A stretch of 63,606 nucleotides of DNA, filler included, from Octopus bimaculoides (GCF_001194135.2; 8 parts of 6 records of this genome joined end to end with filler, not necessarily neighbours in it); one strand, 5' to 3'; counted from the first letter of the whole stretch, positions 38,097-49,540 are shown. Numbers and translations: made by a program. Notes: generated by a model from the sequence alone, not told the origin.

Positions 38097-38098
<2 letters not shown>
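37270..38098 (+). repeat. Tandem array of OR2-like SINE 5' halves surrounding an MRCK exon
   Basis: Five to six full or partial units; exon 37609-37706 sits inside the array. Confidence 0.85.
37609..37706 (-). CDS. CDC42BPA: MRCK exon (CNH domain)
   Basis: (T)INHPYLLCYAENSIFVYDVRNTSWTQTICLRK, cf. MRCK YNAPYLSVYSENAVDIFDVNSMEWIQT..LKK. ttcacAG acceptor, GTAAGT donor, 98 nt, phase 1-0. Confidence 0.92.
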
Positions 38099-38163
<65 letters not shown>

Positions 38164-39310
38164 ATGCGACGACCGAAAATACAGTTGGCATTATATCCCT
38201 ATCTCCCGGGCTGGGTTTTGAACCCGTACTCTGGTCAGTTGGGGAGAATGGTATTTCCTTTGTCTTGTCGGCAACCACACCTATTTTTAGCGTAGCTGCG
38301 CGTTTCTGGTCAGCTAAAGTTCAAAAGCAGTGAGCAGAGAATTTTGGCCAGTGGAGCGGTAGCAGCCAGCGGAGGCAGTTGGGTTGTAGCAGTCGTCCGA
38401 AGCAGTTGGGGGACAGCAGTTTGCCCGTGGAGATGAAGCAGTTGTACAGAGATGAAGAAAGAAGAATTATAAGTCTGACAGAGAAAGTTATGGTCAGCAG
38501 AAACGCATAGAGTCCCAGAGAGAGAGAGAGAGAGAGGGACAGAGAGATGAAGCAGTTGTACAGAGATGAAGAAAGAAGAATTATAAGTCTGACAGAGAAA
38601 NNNNNNNNNNNNNNNNNNNNNNNNNNNNNNNNNNNNNNNNNNNNNNNNNNNNNNNNNNNNNNNNNNNNNNNNNNNNNNNNNNNNNNNNNNNNNNNNNNNN
38701 NNNNNNNNNNNNNNNNNNNNNNNNNNNNNNNNNNNNNNNNNNNNNNNNNNNNNNNNNNNNNNNNNNNNNNNNNNNNNNNNNNNNNNNNNNNNNNNNNNNN
38801 NNNNNNNNNNNNNNNNNNNNNNNNNNNNNNNNNNNNNNNNNNNNNNNNNNNNNNNNNNNNNNNNNNNNNNNNNNNNNNNNNNNNNNNNNNNNNNNNNNNN
38901 NNNNNNNNNNNNNNNNNNNNNNNNNNNNNNNNNNNNNNNNNNNNNNNNNNNNNNNNNNNNNNNNNNNNNNNNNNNNNNNNNNNNNNNNNNNNNNNNNNNN
39001 NNNNNNNNNNNNNNNNNNNNNNNNNNNNNNNNNNNNNNNNNNNNNNNNNNNNNNNNNNNNNNNNNNNNNNNNNNNNNNNNNNNNNNNNNNNNNNNNNNNN
39101 NNNNNNNNNNNNNNNNNNNNNNNNNNNNNNNNNNNNNNNNNNNNNNNNNNNNNNNNNNNNNNNNNNNNNNNNNNNNNNNNNNNNNNNNNNNNNNNNNNNN
39201 NNNNNNNNNNNNNNNNNNNNNNNNNNNNNNNNNNNNNNNNNNNNNNNNNNNNNNNNNNNNNNNNNNNNNNNNNNNNNNNNNNNNNNNNNNNNNNNNNNNN
39301 NNNNNNNNNN

Positions 39311-39344
<34 letters not shown>

Positions 39345-39527
39345 GCTTGCTTACCAACCACATGGTCCAGGGTTCAGTCCCACTGCCTGGCACCTTGGGC
39401 AAGTGTCTTCTACTATAGCCTCGGGCCAACCAAAGCCTTGTGAGTGGATTTGCTCTGACTAAAAGGCGCTGCCCCAGCATGGCCACAGTCAAAAGACTGA
39501 GAACAAGTCAAAGAGGTTAATACTTAC

Positions 39528-39608
39528 TAATCGCGTGAGGTGGTGAAGGCCACATAATCTCTTGGTTCCTGCTCCGCTTCCCGTTATTATCGACATACAC
39601 GCCCAAAA
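39528..39608 (-). CDS. CDC42BPA: MRCK exon (CNH domain)
   Basis: (V)LGVYVDNNGKRSRNQEIMWPSPPHAI, cf. MRCK IGIYTDCQGRRSRQQELMWP. tttcAG acceptor, GTAAGT donor, 81 nt, phase 1-1. Confidence 0.92.
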
Positions 39609-39707
39609 CTGAAAGAGGGAGAGAATAAAAAGACCCCTTATAATAAATTTTAAAGGATTAGCGTCGATTTAACCTTATACCGGAACAGTCGTGTCTTATT
39701 CCTTTGA

Positions 39708-40854
39708 AGGGCTGGGGTTAGGTACAGGGTTTTAGAGTTAGGGTTAGGGATTTAGAATTAGGGTTTTAGGGTGAGGGTTAAGGATTTAGAATTAGGGTCT
39801 TAGGGTGAGGGTTAGGGTTTTAGGGCCGGGGTTAGGTATAGGGTTTTAGAGTTAGGGCTAGGGTTTTAGAGTTTGTGTTTTAGGGTGAGAGTAAGGTTAG
39901 GGTTTTAAGGTCAGGGTTTTAGGGTTAGGATTACGGTTAGGGTGAGGTATAGGGTTTTAGGGCTGGGGTTAGGGTTAGGTATAGGGTTTTAGAGTTAGGG
40001 TTAGGGTCTTAGGATTACGGTTAAGGTTAGGTATAGGGTTTTAGGGCCGGGGTTAGGTATAGGGTTTTAGAGTTAGGGTTAGGGTTTTAGGGCTGAGGTT
40101 AGGTATAGGGTCTTAGAGTTAGGGTTAGGGCTTTAGGATTACGGTTAGGGTAAGGTATAGGGTTTTAGGGCTGAGGTTAGGTATAGGGTTTTAGAATTAG
40201 GGTTAGGGTTGTAGGGCCGGGGTTAGGTATAGGGTTTTAGGGTAATGTATAGGGTTTTAGAGTTAGGGTTAGGGTTTTAGGGATGAGGTTAGGTATAGGG
40301 TTTTAGAGTTAGGGTTAGAGTTTTAGGATTATGGTTAGGGTTAGGTATAGGGTTTTAGGGCCGGGGTTAGGTATAGGGTTTTCGGGCCAAGGTTAGGTAT
40401 AGGGTTTTAGAGTTAGGATTAGGGTCAGGTATAGGGTTTTAGGGTTAGGGTTAGGTCTAGGGTTTTAGGGCCGGGGTTAGGTATAAGGTTTTAGAGTTAG
40501 GGTTAGGGTTTTAGGGCCAGGGTTAAGTACAAGGTTTTAGAGTTAGGGTTAGGGTTTTAGGGTTAGGTATAGGGTTTTAGAGTTAGGGTTAGGGTCTTAG
40601 GATTACGGTTAGGGTTAGGTATAAGGTTTTAGAGTTAGGGTTGGGTATAGGGTTTTAGGGTGAGAATTAGAGTTTTAGGGTTAAGGATAGGGTTTTAGAG
40701 TTAGGGATGGGGTTTTAGGGTTTAACAGTTACGCTTTTAGGGGGAGGGTTTAGATTTAGTGTTAGGTATAGGGTTTTAGGGCCAGGGTTAGATATAGGGT
40801 TTTAGAGTTAGGGTTAGGGTTTTAGGGCCGAGGTTAGGTATAGGGTTTTAGAGT
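39708..40854 (+). repeat. Interstitial telomere-like (TTAGGG-variant) higher-order array
   Basis: About 1.15 kb of recurring ggttaggtatagggttttagagttagggttagggttttagggccgg units inside the MRCK intron 39609-41034. Confidence 0.9.
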
Positions 40855-40861
40855 CCCCCAA

Positions 40862-40905
40862 GACACCTGAAGAAGGCTGGAGGGTATATCAGCCGAAATG
40901 TTAAC
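40862..40905 (+). ncRNA. Degenerate hammerhead motif abutting a telomere-like array
   Basis: GACAC-CUGAAGA-A-GGCUG..CAGCC-GAAA-UGUU; cleavage-site bases deleted. Followed by the same 3' tail (..tctcttaaatagagaactgta). Confidence 0.45.
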
Positions 40906-41034
40906 AACAGACAAGATGAAGTGAAATATCCATCAAATGTAAACATTGTACATGATTCCTGATCTCTTAAATAGAGAACTGTATTTCAATTTTGTTTAAT
41001 GTTTAAATAAAAAAGATGAGAAGGGGATACTAAC

Positions 41035-41142
41035 CGTTGAAGACCAACAGGTATTCCTTGTGCGACATCTCGACCGCAGCTAATGCGTCGACAGGGGTTT
41101 GGTGTAGAAACTTCAGGGTAACATCGTCAGCGTTGACAAGAG
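41035..41142 (-). CDS. CDC42BPA: MRCK exon (CNH domain)
   Basis: (T)LVNADDVTLKFLHQTPVDALAAVEMSHKEYLLVFN, cf. MRCK ..DHTLSFIAHQPMDAICAVEISSKEYLLCFN. cgacAG acceptor, GTTAGT donor, 108 nt, in frame with both neighbours. Absent from the ORF track. Confidence 0.92.
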
Positions 41143-41234
41143 CTGTCGAGAGAAGGGCAAATAGAATTAAACACTATTTCAAAATGTAATTTTTCTTTCG
41201 GAAAGTTACTTCTTCTGCAGTAACTAATATTAAG

Positions 41235-41915
41235 TGTCTTTGGGCCGCGACTGCTGAAGACATGCGTAAGCTCGTAAGGAATGGAGCCAGTATGCTCCGA
41301 TGGATGTGTAATGTCAATGTGAATACCCGTCAGAGTGTAAGTATCTTGAGAGAAAAGCTGAACATAAGAAGCATCAGTTGTGGTGTGCAAGAGAGACGAT
41401 TGCGTTGGTATGGACATGTGGTGAGAATGGAGGAGGATAGCTGCGTGAAAAATTGCCACACCCTAACAGTTGAGGGAACCCGTGGAAGAGGTAGGCCCAG
41501 GAAGACCTGGGCTGAGGTGGTGAGGCAAGACCTTCGAACATTGGGCCTCACCGAGGCGATGACTACTGACCGAGACCTTTGGAAATGTGCTGTGCGTGAG
41601 AAGACCCGCCAAGCCAAGTGAGATCGTTGCCAGTGCCCCTGGACTGGCTCTTGTGCGAGTGGCACATAAGATGCACCATTTTGAGCGTGGCCATTGCCAG
41701 TTCCACCTGACTGGCCTTCGTGCCGGTGGCACATAAAAGCACCCACTACACTCTGAGTGGTTGGCGTTAGGAAGAGCATCGAACTGTAGAAACTCTGGCA
41801 AATCAGATTGGAGCCTGGTGTAGCCATCTGGTTTCACCAGTCAAATCGTCCAACCCATGCTAGCATGGAAAGCGGACGTTAAACGACAATGATAATGATG
41901 ATGATGATGATGATG
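41235..41915 (+). mobile_element. RTE-clade LINE, 5'-truncated 3' end
   Basis: ORF 41262-41621 (MLRWMCNV..LREKLNIRSI..RRLRWYGHVVRMEEDS..GRGRPRKTW..V..D..DRDLW) is the RTE C-terminus, followed by a 3' UTR ending acccatgctagcatggaaagcggacgttaaacg(ATG)n. Lies antisense in an MRCK intron. Confidence 0.9.
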
Positions 41916-42088
41916 AAGATTGCTTCCCAGCAACAATGATTTCAAGGTCTTCCCAGAAACATCTTGTTCACCACTGGGAAATGTGGGCATTATTGTCCCA
42001 GGTGACGGCCAATCCAGCATGGATTTTTGGCTTGTCATTAAAGCAAAAAAAAAAAAAAAAAGGGTGAAAAATTTTCAGGTTTACTTAC

Positions 42089-42412
42089 TCATAGGGGCTC
42101 CATCTCCTTGTACACTATAAATCGCAAAGCATGATGGGTAACCAACGCAAAGGCGTTCGTTCATCATTTCCAGAAACTGAACACACCCTGGGACTTGTAC
42201 ATCTTTTAGTTTGTGTTGCCGTTGTTTCGTTTTTGTGATTTCGTAGACCTGGATGGTGCGTTTGATTGCTACACATAAGCAAGATGTGGACCCTTGCCGA
42301 ATTAATCCAGTACAAAATAAGTGGCATCCTTTCGTTTCGGTTATTTTAATGGGGTCGTTTTCCAACCAGCCCTGGGCCGACATCTGGAGCAGTTTCACAT
42401 GGCGTTGTTTAC
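42089..42412 (-). CDS. CDC42BPA: MRCK/CDC42-binding kinase exon (CNH domain)
   Basis: GKQRHVKLLQMSAQGWLENDPIKITETKGCHLFCTGLIRQGSTSCLCVAIKRTIQVYEITKTKQRQHKLKDVQVPGCVQFLEMMNERLCVGYPSCFAIYSVQGDGAPM matches the MRCK CNH region (GRNRHVRL..ETKGC..CLCVAMKRQV..). ctcAG acceptor, GTAAGT donor, 324 nt, phase 1-1. Confidence 0.93.
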
Positions 42413-42519
42413 CTGAGTGGAAGACAAAATCAAAAATTCTGTGCAAGACAAATTTTAACATTTTAAAAATTTTGGGATTTGAAATTTCAAATCTGAAATC
42501 GTAATTCAACCGTAATCAA

Positions 42520-42632
42520 TGACTGGCACCCATGCTAACCCCTCCTTCATTGGAAACTAAACTCTGTACTGGCACCCAAGCCAACCTCTCCTTCATTGGA
42601 CACTAAACTCTGTACTGGTACCCATGCCAACC
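42520..42632 (+). repeat. ~48-bp tandem repeat
   Basis: actggcaccca..aacc..ctccttcattggaaactaaactctgt, 2-3 units running into a gap. Confidence 0.75.
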
Positions 42633-42732
42633 NNNNNNNNNNNNNNNNNNNNNNNNNNNNNNNNNNNNNNNNNNNNTTAATTAATTAANNNNNNNNNNNN
42701 NNNNNNNNNNNNNNNNNNNNNNNNNNNNNNNN

Positions 42733-42956
42733 ATACTGTCTATGTGATCTCAAATTTTAAAGCAAACACATAATTTTCTTATGGTTTCTTAAACATTCAC
42801 CTGAACAAAACTGTACAAATCCAAATATATGGTACCCTAGGCATAACACCTACATGAACTTCTAACTTGTTGTCTCTTGAGGTCTCTGGGTGAGACATGG
42901 ATCCAACTTGTACAAATGCAAAACAAAAGTCAAACATAAAATAATAATAATAATAA
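42733..42956 (+). mobile_element. Probable 3' UTR of another non-LTR element ending in (AAT)n
   Basis: ..gaggtctctgggtgagacatggatccaacttgtacaaatgcaaaacaaaagtcaaacataaaataataataa tail directly upstream of the Dong fragment. Family assignment is by resemblance only. Confidence 0.4.
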
Positions 42957-43440
42957 AATGAGAAAGCAACCATACTCTGGGATATGCCAATACGCACAGA
43001 TAGAGAAATTAAAACCAATTTGCCGGATATAGTTGTCAGAGATCACCAAGAAAAATGTTTTCTAATCGACGTATCAACAGATGACAATGTTTCTCTAAAA
43101 GAAACGGAGAATCTTTCAAAATGCAAAGATCTGGGAATAGAGGTAACTCGAATATGAAGTCTAAAAACAGAAACAATTCATATCATAGTAGGCGCATTAG
43201 GTATGATAAAAAAGAATTTTCAGACAAATACATAACAAAAACACTAGGACTTACAAGTATATATAACATACTGAAAATAGCACTACTAGGCACCGCACAC
43301 ATCCTACGTAAACCACTTTCAATACAGTGAAAATAAGCACACCTCTACAAAACACAGCACATATCCAAGGCACACAGAGCTGCACTCGGCAGTAACAGTG
43401 AGAGCACGTGATAAAAATAAGACTATTGAATAATAATAAA
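42957..43440 (+). mobile_element. 5'-truncated Dong/R4-type element: RLE C-terminus and 3' UTR
   Basis: Reads NEKATILWDMPIRTDREIKTNLPDIVVRD..KCFLIDVS..IIVGALGMIKK..KIALLGTAHILRK with stops and frameshifts; flanked on both sides by (TAA)n. Confidence 0.82.
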
Positions 43441-43444
43441 AATA

Positions 43445-43630
43445 AACCTTTCTACTAGAAGCACAAATTTGGGGGAAGGAAATAAGTCGATTACATCGAC
43501 TCTAGTGCGTAACTGGTAATTATTCAATCGCCCCCGAAAGGATGAAAGGCAAAGTCGACCTTGGCGGAATTTGAATTCAGAACGTAGTGGCAGACGAAAT
43601 ACCTGCTGAGCATTTCGCCCGGTGTGCTAT
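43445..43630 (-). mobile_element. tRNA-derived SINE family A ((ATT)n-tailed)
   Basis: Reverse complement reads ggcgagccggcagaatcg..ttctgaattcaaattccgccaaggtcgactttgcctttcatcctttcggg..caaattt..agtagaaagg(ATT)n. Further copies at about 187-440, 600-760, 1180-1290, 15460-15600, 31270-31405 and 58600-58700. Confidence 0.8.
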
Positions 43631-44361
43631 CGATTCTGCCGGCTCGCCGAGTGTGGTGATATACACACTCTCTTTCCCACTTTCTATCTATCTATTTCTC
43701 TCTCTGCCACTACCACCCCTTACAAATTAACGCACAATATTGTGAAATACTATGATGTCGATAATAAAAGTATTTGTGATGTTTTGAAATGAAGTTTCCG
43801 GTGTCGATGCGCATTAGAAGATTGGACTTTCTGTTATGAGAGAACATCATTTGCATGATTCACATGTCAATTAGAGAATTGGTTTGACTGTTTACTGGTG
43901 GGTCTTTCCCAGCTATTCCCAGCTTAGGTGAGAATCATTGAGTTAATGTGCCCCAAATGGCGCGAGAAACGGCTTTGCATGAATTACATAAACGCTTACG
44001 TTACAGTACATACGTACATACATACATACATACATACACACATACATACATACGTACATACATACATACACACATACATTCATACACGTATGCACACACG
44101 CTCACATATTTATATATATGAAAACATATATATATATGCATATATATGCATATGTGTGTCTATGTATATATATATATGAATATATATATACATCCATACG
44201 TACATATATACACACACATATGCATATATATATATATATATGTATACACACACACATGCATACACACACATATATGAATATTAAGAAACAGCTGGAAGCA
44301 TTAACATATATACGACATACACACATACGTATACATAAATATATACACGTACATACATACA

Positions 44362-44415
<54 letters not shown>

Positions 44416-44755
44416 CATAGGTATACTTGCATGCATGCTTGTATGTATGTGTGTTGTGTTTATGGATATGTCTGTTAATGTAATGCCTCCAGTTGTTTTT
44501 AATTCAGTTAGTCAAAATAATATATTCATTTTTAATGTGTGAGCCAGTGTGTGTGCGCGGTGGGAGAGTGCCGAGACACACACATAGCGCACAAGACTCA
44601 TATCTTAATTCGTCTAAACGAGGCATTTAGTCACTGAGTGTGCTCCATAACTAATCAGAAATTACTTGGGGTTATGACCTATGTCAGCGTGAAAAATATA
44701 AACGGAAAGGGGCGGGTTGGGCACTCCGTCGGTTACGATGACGAGTGTTCCAGCT

Positions 44756-44903
44756 GATTCGATCAGCTGAACACCCTGCACGTAATATTAGCGTGCAATT
44801 GGCTGAGGGCTCCACAGACACTACGTTAAGGACACGCGTGTCTGTGGAGCGCTCACCCACTTGCATGCTAATATCACGTGCAGGATGTTCAGTTGATCGA
44901 ATC
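44756..44903. repeat. 66-bp inverted repeat (hairpin) built from OR1-like SINE tails
   Basis: Arms 44756-44821 and 44838-44903, 7 mismatches by manual count, 16-nt loop. Confidence 0.9.
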
Positions 44904-46500
44904 ACCGTTTGTTTTTACTGCTTTGTTCTCACTGTCCTGTTTTTGTTACCACCTTCACCCACCGCAAAAAATCCCAAATCTTATTTAATTTGCTTTGCGG
45001 GAAGGACTGTTTTAACGAAGACGTCTTGTCCTTACCTTCGAAACACGAAGTAGATAAAACAGGGGACAACTGATGAAGGGAATGTTCTTTATGTTGCATG
45101 TCTCGTTTCTTTGTTTTTCTTCGTTGTTCGAAAAAAAGTTCGTTTTCTATGTTTTTATTTTTTATGTTCTCGTATCTCATTTTGTTCACGTTTTTTGATG
45201 CCCTATACCCATATATGCATGTGTATATATATATNNNNNNNNNNNNNNNNNNNNNNNNNNNNNNNNNNNNNNNNNNNNNNNNNNNNNNNNNNNNNNNNNN
45301 NNNNNNNNNNNNNNNNNNNNNNNNNNNNNNNNNNNNNNNNNNNNNNNNNNNNNNNNNNNNNNNNNNNNNNNNNNNNNNNNNNNNNNNNNNNNNNNNNNNN
45401 NNNNNNNNNNNNNNNNNNNNNNNNNNNNNNNNNNNNNNNNNNNNNNNNNNNNNNNNNNNNNNNNNNNNNNNNNNNNNNNNNNNNNNNNNNNNNNNNNNNN
45501 NNNNNNNNNNNNNNNNNNNNNNNNNNNNNNNNNNNNNNNNNNNNNNNNNNNNNNNNNNNNNNNNNNNNNNNNNNNNNNNNNNNNNNNNNNNNNNNNNNNN
45601 NNNNNNNNNNNNNNNNNNNNNNNNNNNNNNNNNNNNNNNNNNNNNNNNNTGGATCGCAGATTAAATCTGTATACGCAAATTAAATCTAGCCATGGAGGAA
45701 TGTAGTGGCGGACAAAAAACAAGACAGGAAAACAAACAGAAAAGGCTTTACGGCCAGACGAGAAAAATTATGTGTGTATGAACGCGATGATATATATGTA
45801 GGTATGTACATATGTGTATGTATATATGCGTATATTTATATATTATTTATATTATTATATGATCGAACGCCACGCATCCTTTTCCAAGTAAGTTTTACCT
45901 TAATAATTACGATGTGCACTATTATTCTATCTCTTTTCTGTCCATCTATCTCCCTCTCTTGTCCTTCTTCCTCTGTTTTTCTCTCCCACCCTTTCCCTAT
46001 TCTTCTCCTCTCCCCTTCACTGTTCCCTATCTCTCTTTCTTGCTCTTCCTTCTTGACTCTCTTGTTGCTTACACGTGACCAACGGCCATCCATCTTTCTT
46101 TCTTTCACTTCCTTCCTTAAGACAAGACGTGCTTTTATCTGTCTCTTCTCAAAGCTCGTTTTTCCAGTGTTCACTACTTCACATCGTCTTGGCTTAACAG
46201 CCCTCACCGTTTGTTTTTACTGCTTTGTTCTGACTGTCCTGTTTTTACTACCACTTTCACACTCCGCAAAAAATCCCACATTTTATTTAATTTGTTTTGC
46301 GGGAAGGACTGTTTTAACGAAGACGCGTCTTGTTCTTACCTTCGAAACGTGGAGTAGATATAACAGTGGACAACTGATGAAGAGAATGTTCTTTATGTTG
46401 CATGTCTCGTTTCACTGTTTGTTTGGGAATTTTTTGTTCGAAAAAAAGTTTGTTTTCTATGTTTTTGTTTTTTATGTTCTCGTTTCTCATTTTGTCCACG
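44904..46500 (+). repeat. Two direct copies of a ~300-bp repeat (44904-45200 and 46204-46500)
   Basis: accgtttgtttttactgctttgttc..gcgggaaggactgttttaacgaagacg..ttcgaaac..caactgatgaag..ttcgaaaaaaagtt in both copies. Confidence 0.8.
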
Positions 46501-47335
46501 TTTTTTTTATGTCTTGTACCAATATATGCATGTATTAATACATATATATGTAGGTATGTACATATGTGTATGTATTTATGCGTATACTTATATATTATTT
46601 ATATTGTATATATATATATATATATANNNNNNNNNNNNNNNNNNNNNNNNNNNNNNNNNNNNNNNNNNNNNNNNNNNNNNNNNNNNNNNNNNNNNNNNNN
46701 NNNNNNNNNNNNNNNNNNNNNNNNNNNNNNNNNNNNNNNNNNNNNNNNNNNNNNNNNNNNNNNNNNNNNNNNNNNNNNNNNNNNNNNNNNNNNNNNNNNN
46801 NNNNNNNNNNNNNNNNNNNNNNNNNNNNNNNNNNNNNNNNNNNNNNNNNNNNNNNNNNNNNNNNNNNNNNNNNNNNNNNNNNNNNNNNNNNNNNNNNNNN
46901 NNNNNNNNNNNNNNNNNNNNNNNNNNNNNNNNNNNNNNNNNNNNNNNNNNNNNNNNNNNNNNNNNNNNNNNNNNNNNNNNNNNNNNNNNNNNNNNNNNNN
47001 NNNNNNNNNNNNNNNNNNNNNNNNNNNNNNNNNNNNNNNNNNNNNNNNNNNNNNNNNNNNNNNNNNNNNNNNNNNNNNNNNNNNNNNNNNNNNNNNNNNN
47101 NNNNNNNNNNNNNNNNNNNNNNNNNNNNNNNNNNNNNNNNNNNNNNNNNNNNNNNNNNNNNNNNNNNNNNNNNNNNNNNNNNNNNNNNNNNNNNNNNNNN
47201 NNNNNNNNNNNNNNNNNNNNNNNNNNNNNNNNNNNNNNNNNNNNNNNNNNNNNNNNNNNNNNNNNNNNNNNNNNNNNNNNNNNNNNNNNNNNNNNNNNNN
47301 NNNNNNNNNNNNNNNNNNNNNNNNNNNNNNNNNNN

Positions 47336-47370
<35 letters not shown>

Positions 47371-47975
47371 CAAAAAAAGCAACACGGATTTTCAAGGTTA
47401 TTGCAGTACGCACGTTTCATGCAATTCCATTTATTTAAGTAATGCGAGCATTACATTAAATGTAAAATGCAGAGCAATCTTCATCTGCACAAGGATACAG
47501 AAAATTTACTGAAATTTTATTTCAGCAGAATGGATATATTACTGTTGTGACAACATTTAAACAATCTAAGTGGGAAAGAAGAAGAAAAAAACATCTTGAC
47601 ATAGCCATATATATATATGTTCTTTTTCTCTTTAATTTAGAGTAAACTTTGACCTGCTACATGGTAGCAAGGTTGTGAGGGAAAGGATCTTATTTTGTTC
47701 ATCGTCCTGTAAATTATAAGGTCTTGTAGATATTTATAGTCCCAGATATTGTAATCATTTGTTGTGTATGAATTAAAGATTTGAGTTCTCTCTCCAAGAA
47801 CTCATGTTCTGTCAAACTTTGCTCCTGCCGGGTTGGTATGTATCCTGTAACTCAAGTAATAATAAGCATCAAGCTGAAAGTGTATCTTTGGTGCTGGAGT
47901 TGCAAACTCTTCAGTTTTAGTCCATTACATGTACATGTTATCAAATGTATATTTGATAACATGTACATGTAATGA

Positions 47976-48083
<108 letters not shown>

Positions 48084-48605
48084 TGTGTATGAGACTGAAT
48101 ATGTGTGTACACATGCATTTGTAAAATGCAGCAGTGTCATACATGTATTCACAAAAATATCTCTATCCTTTAGATTTATACAACTGAATGTTGTAAAAGT
48201 CCTTGGCAAGTTTATTAAAGAAATATCAAATTCAGGGATCAATGACCTGAAGTAATACAAATAGGGGCAGAAAGGAAGGGGAGAAATGGAAAAAGTGAGC
48301 AAATTACTGAACGAATAAATTCTAAATAATTATATTTTAATTTATTCGAATATAGTCCTGTAGCTATTTAAAAAGAAACGACATTTATGCGCATATAAAT
48401 GCAAGTACGTACACATATACATATAAGCATGCATGCATGCATACATACATACATACATACATACATACATACATACATACAAAAATACCCTGTTGATGTT
48501 GTTAAAATTCCAGTGAAGGAGCCATGGATATCGGTTAGAAACAGGCTCTTTCTCTATTAGCAAGAAATCTTGAAATAAAACTGAATACATACATACATAC
48601 ATACA

Positions 48606-48636
<31 letters not shown>

Positions 48637-48699
48637 GTGTGGTAAGGTTTCAGCAAGTAGTATAATACTTGATAAATGACAAAATAAATTAATATTTCG

Positions 48700-48860
48700 A
48701 CCAGGAAACCCTGGGTAGCGGCATTTCAAAAGATTTTTTTTGTGGCTTTCATCCTTTCGGGTCGATAAATTAAGTACCAGTGAAACACTGGAGTCGATGT
48801 AAACGACTAGTCACCTCCCCACAAATTTTAGGTCTTGTGCCTCCAGTAGAAAGGTTTTTA
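48700..48860 (+). mobile_element. Family-A SINE (3' part)
   Basis: ctttcatcctttcgggtcgataaattaagtaccag..ggtcttgtgcctccagtagaaagg. Confidence 0.7.
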
Positions 48861-48879
48861 TAATAAATAAATGCATATA

Positions 48880-49195
48880 TATAGGCGCAGGAGTGGCTAT
48901 GTGGTAAGTAGCTTACTTACCAACCACATGGTTCCGGGTTCATTCCCACTGCATGGCACCTTGGGCAAGTGTCTTCTACTATAGCCTCGGGCCGACCAAA
49001 GCCTTGTGAGTGGATTTGGTAGACGGAAACTGAAAGAAGCCTGTCGTATATATATGTATATATATATATATATNNNNNNNNNNNNNNNNNNNNNNNNNNN
49101 NNNNNNNNNNNNNNNNNNNNNNNNNNNNNNNNNNNNNNNNNNNNNNNNNNNNNNNNNNNNNNNNNNNNNNNNNNNNNNTACATATATATATATAC

Positions 49196-49240
<45 letters not shown>

Positions 49241-49298
49241 CATATATATATATACATATATATATATACATATATATATATACATATATATATACATA

Positions 49299-49334
<36 letters not shown>

Positions 49335-49540
49335 TGTGCATATGTTTGTGTCTGTGTTTGTCCCCCAACATCGCTTGACAACCGATGCTGGTGTGTTTAC
49401 GTCCCCGTAAGTTAGTGGTTCGGCAAAAAAGACCGATAGAATAAGTACTAGGCTTACAAAGAATAAGTCCTAGGGTCGATTTGCTCGACTAAAGGCGGTG
49501 CATCAGCATGGCCGCAGTCAAATGACTGAAACAAGTAAAA
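48880..49540 (+). mobile_element. CORE-type tRNA SINE (octopus OR2-like), full length with internal (TA)n
   Basis: Head ggcgcaggagtggctatgtggtaag..ggttccgggttca, CORE-like caccttgggcaagtgtctt, internal TA microsatellite, tail ..ggtgcatcagcatggccgcagtcaaatgactgaaacaagtaaaa. Family name is inferred. Confidence 0.8.

Noticed and set aside
31405-39450. Regularly repeated ~130-bp units resembling a CRISPR-like array, with recurring ORFs such as MPKVP..GTEP..MWLVSKL
   Set aside because: The units are SINE halves separated by (TA)n with no unique spacers and no cas genes; the ORFs are chance translations of the SINE.
45030-46390. GAAAC..CTGATGA motifs in the ~300-bp duplicated repeat (possible type II hammerhead)
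   Set aside because: Core words are present but I could not form stem I or a cleavage triplet with flanking pairing.
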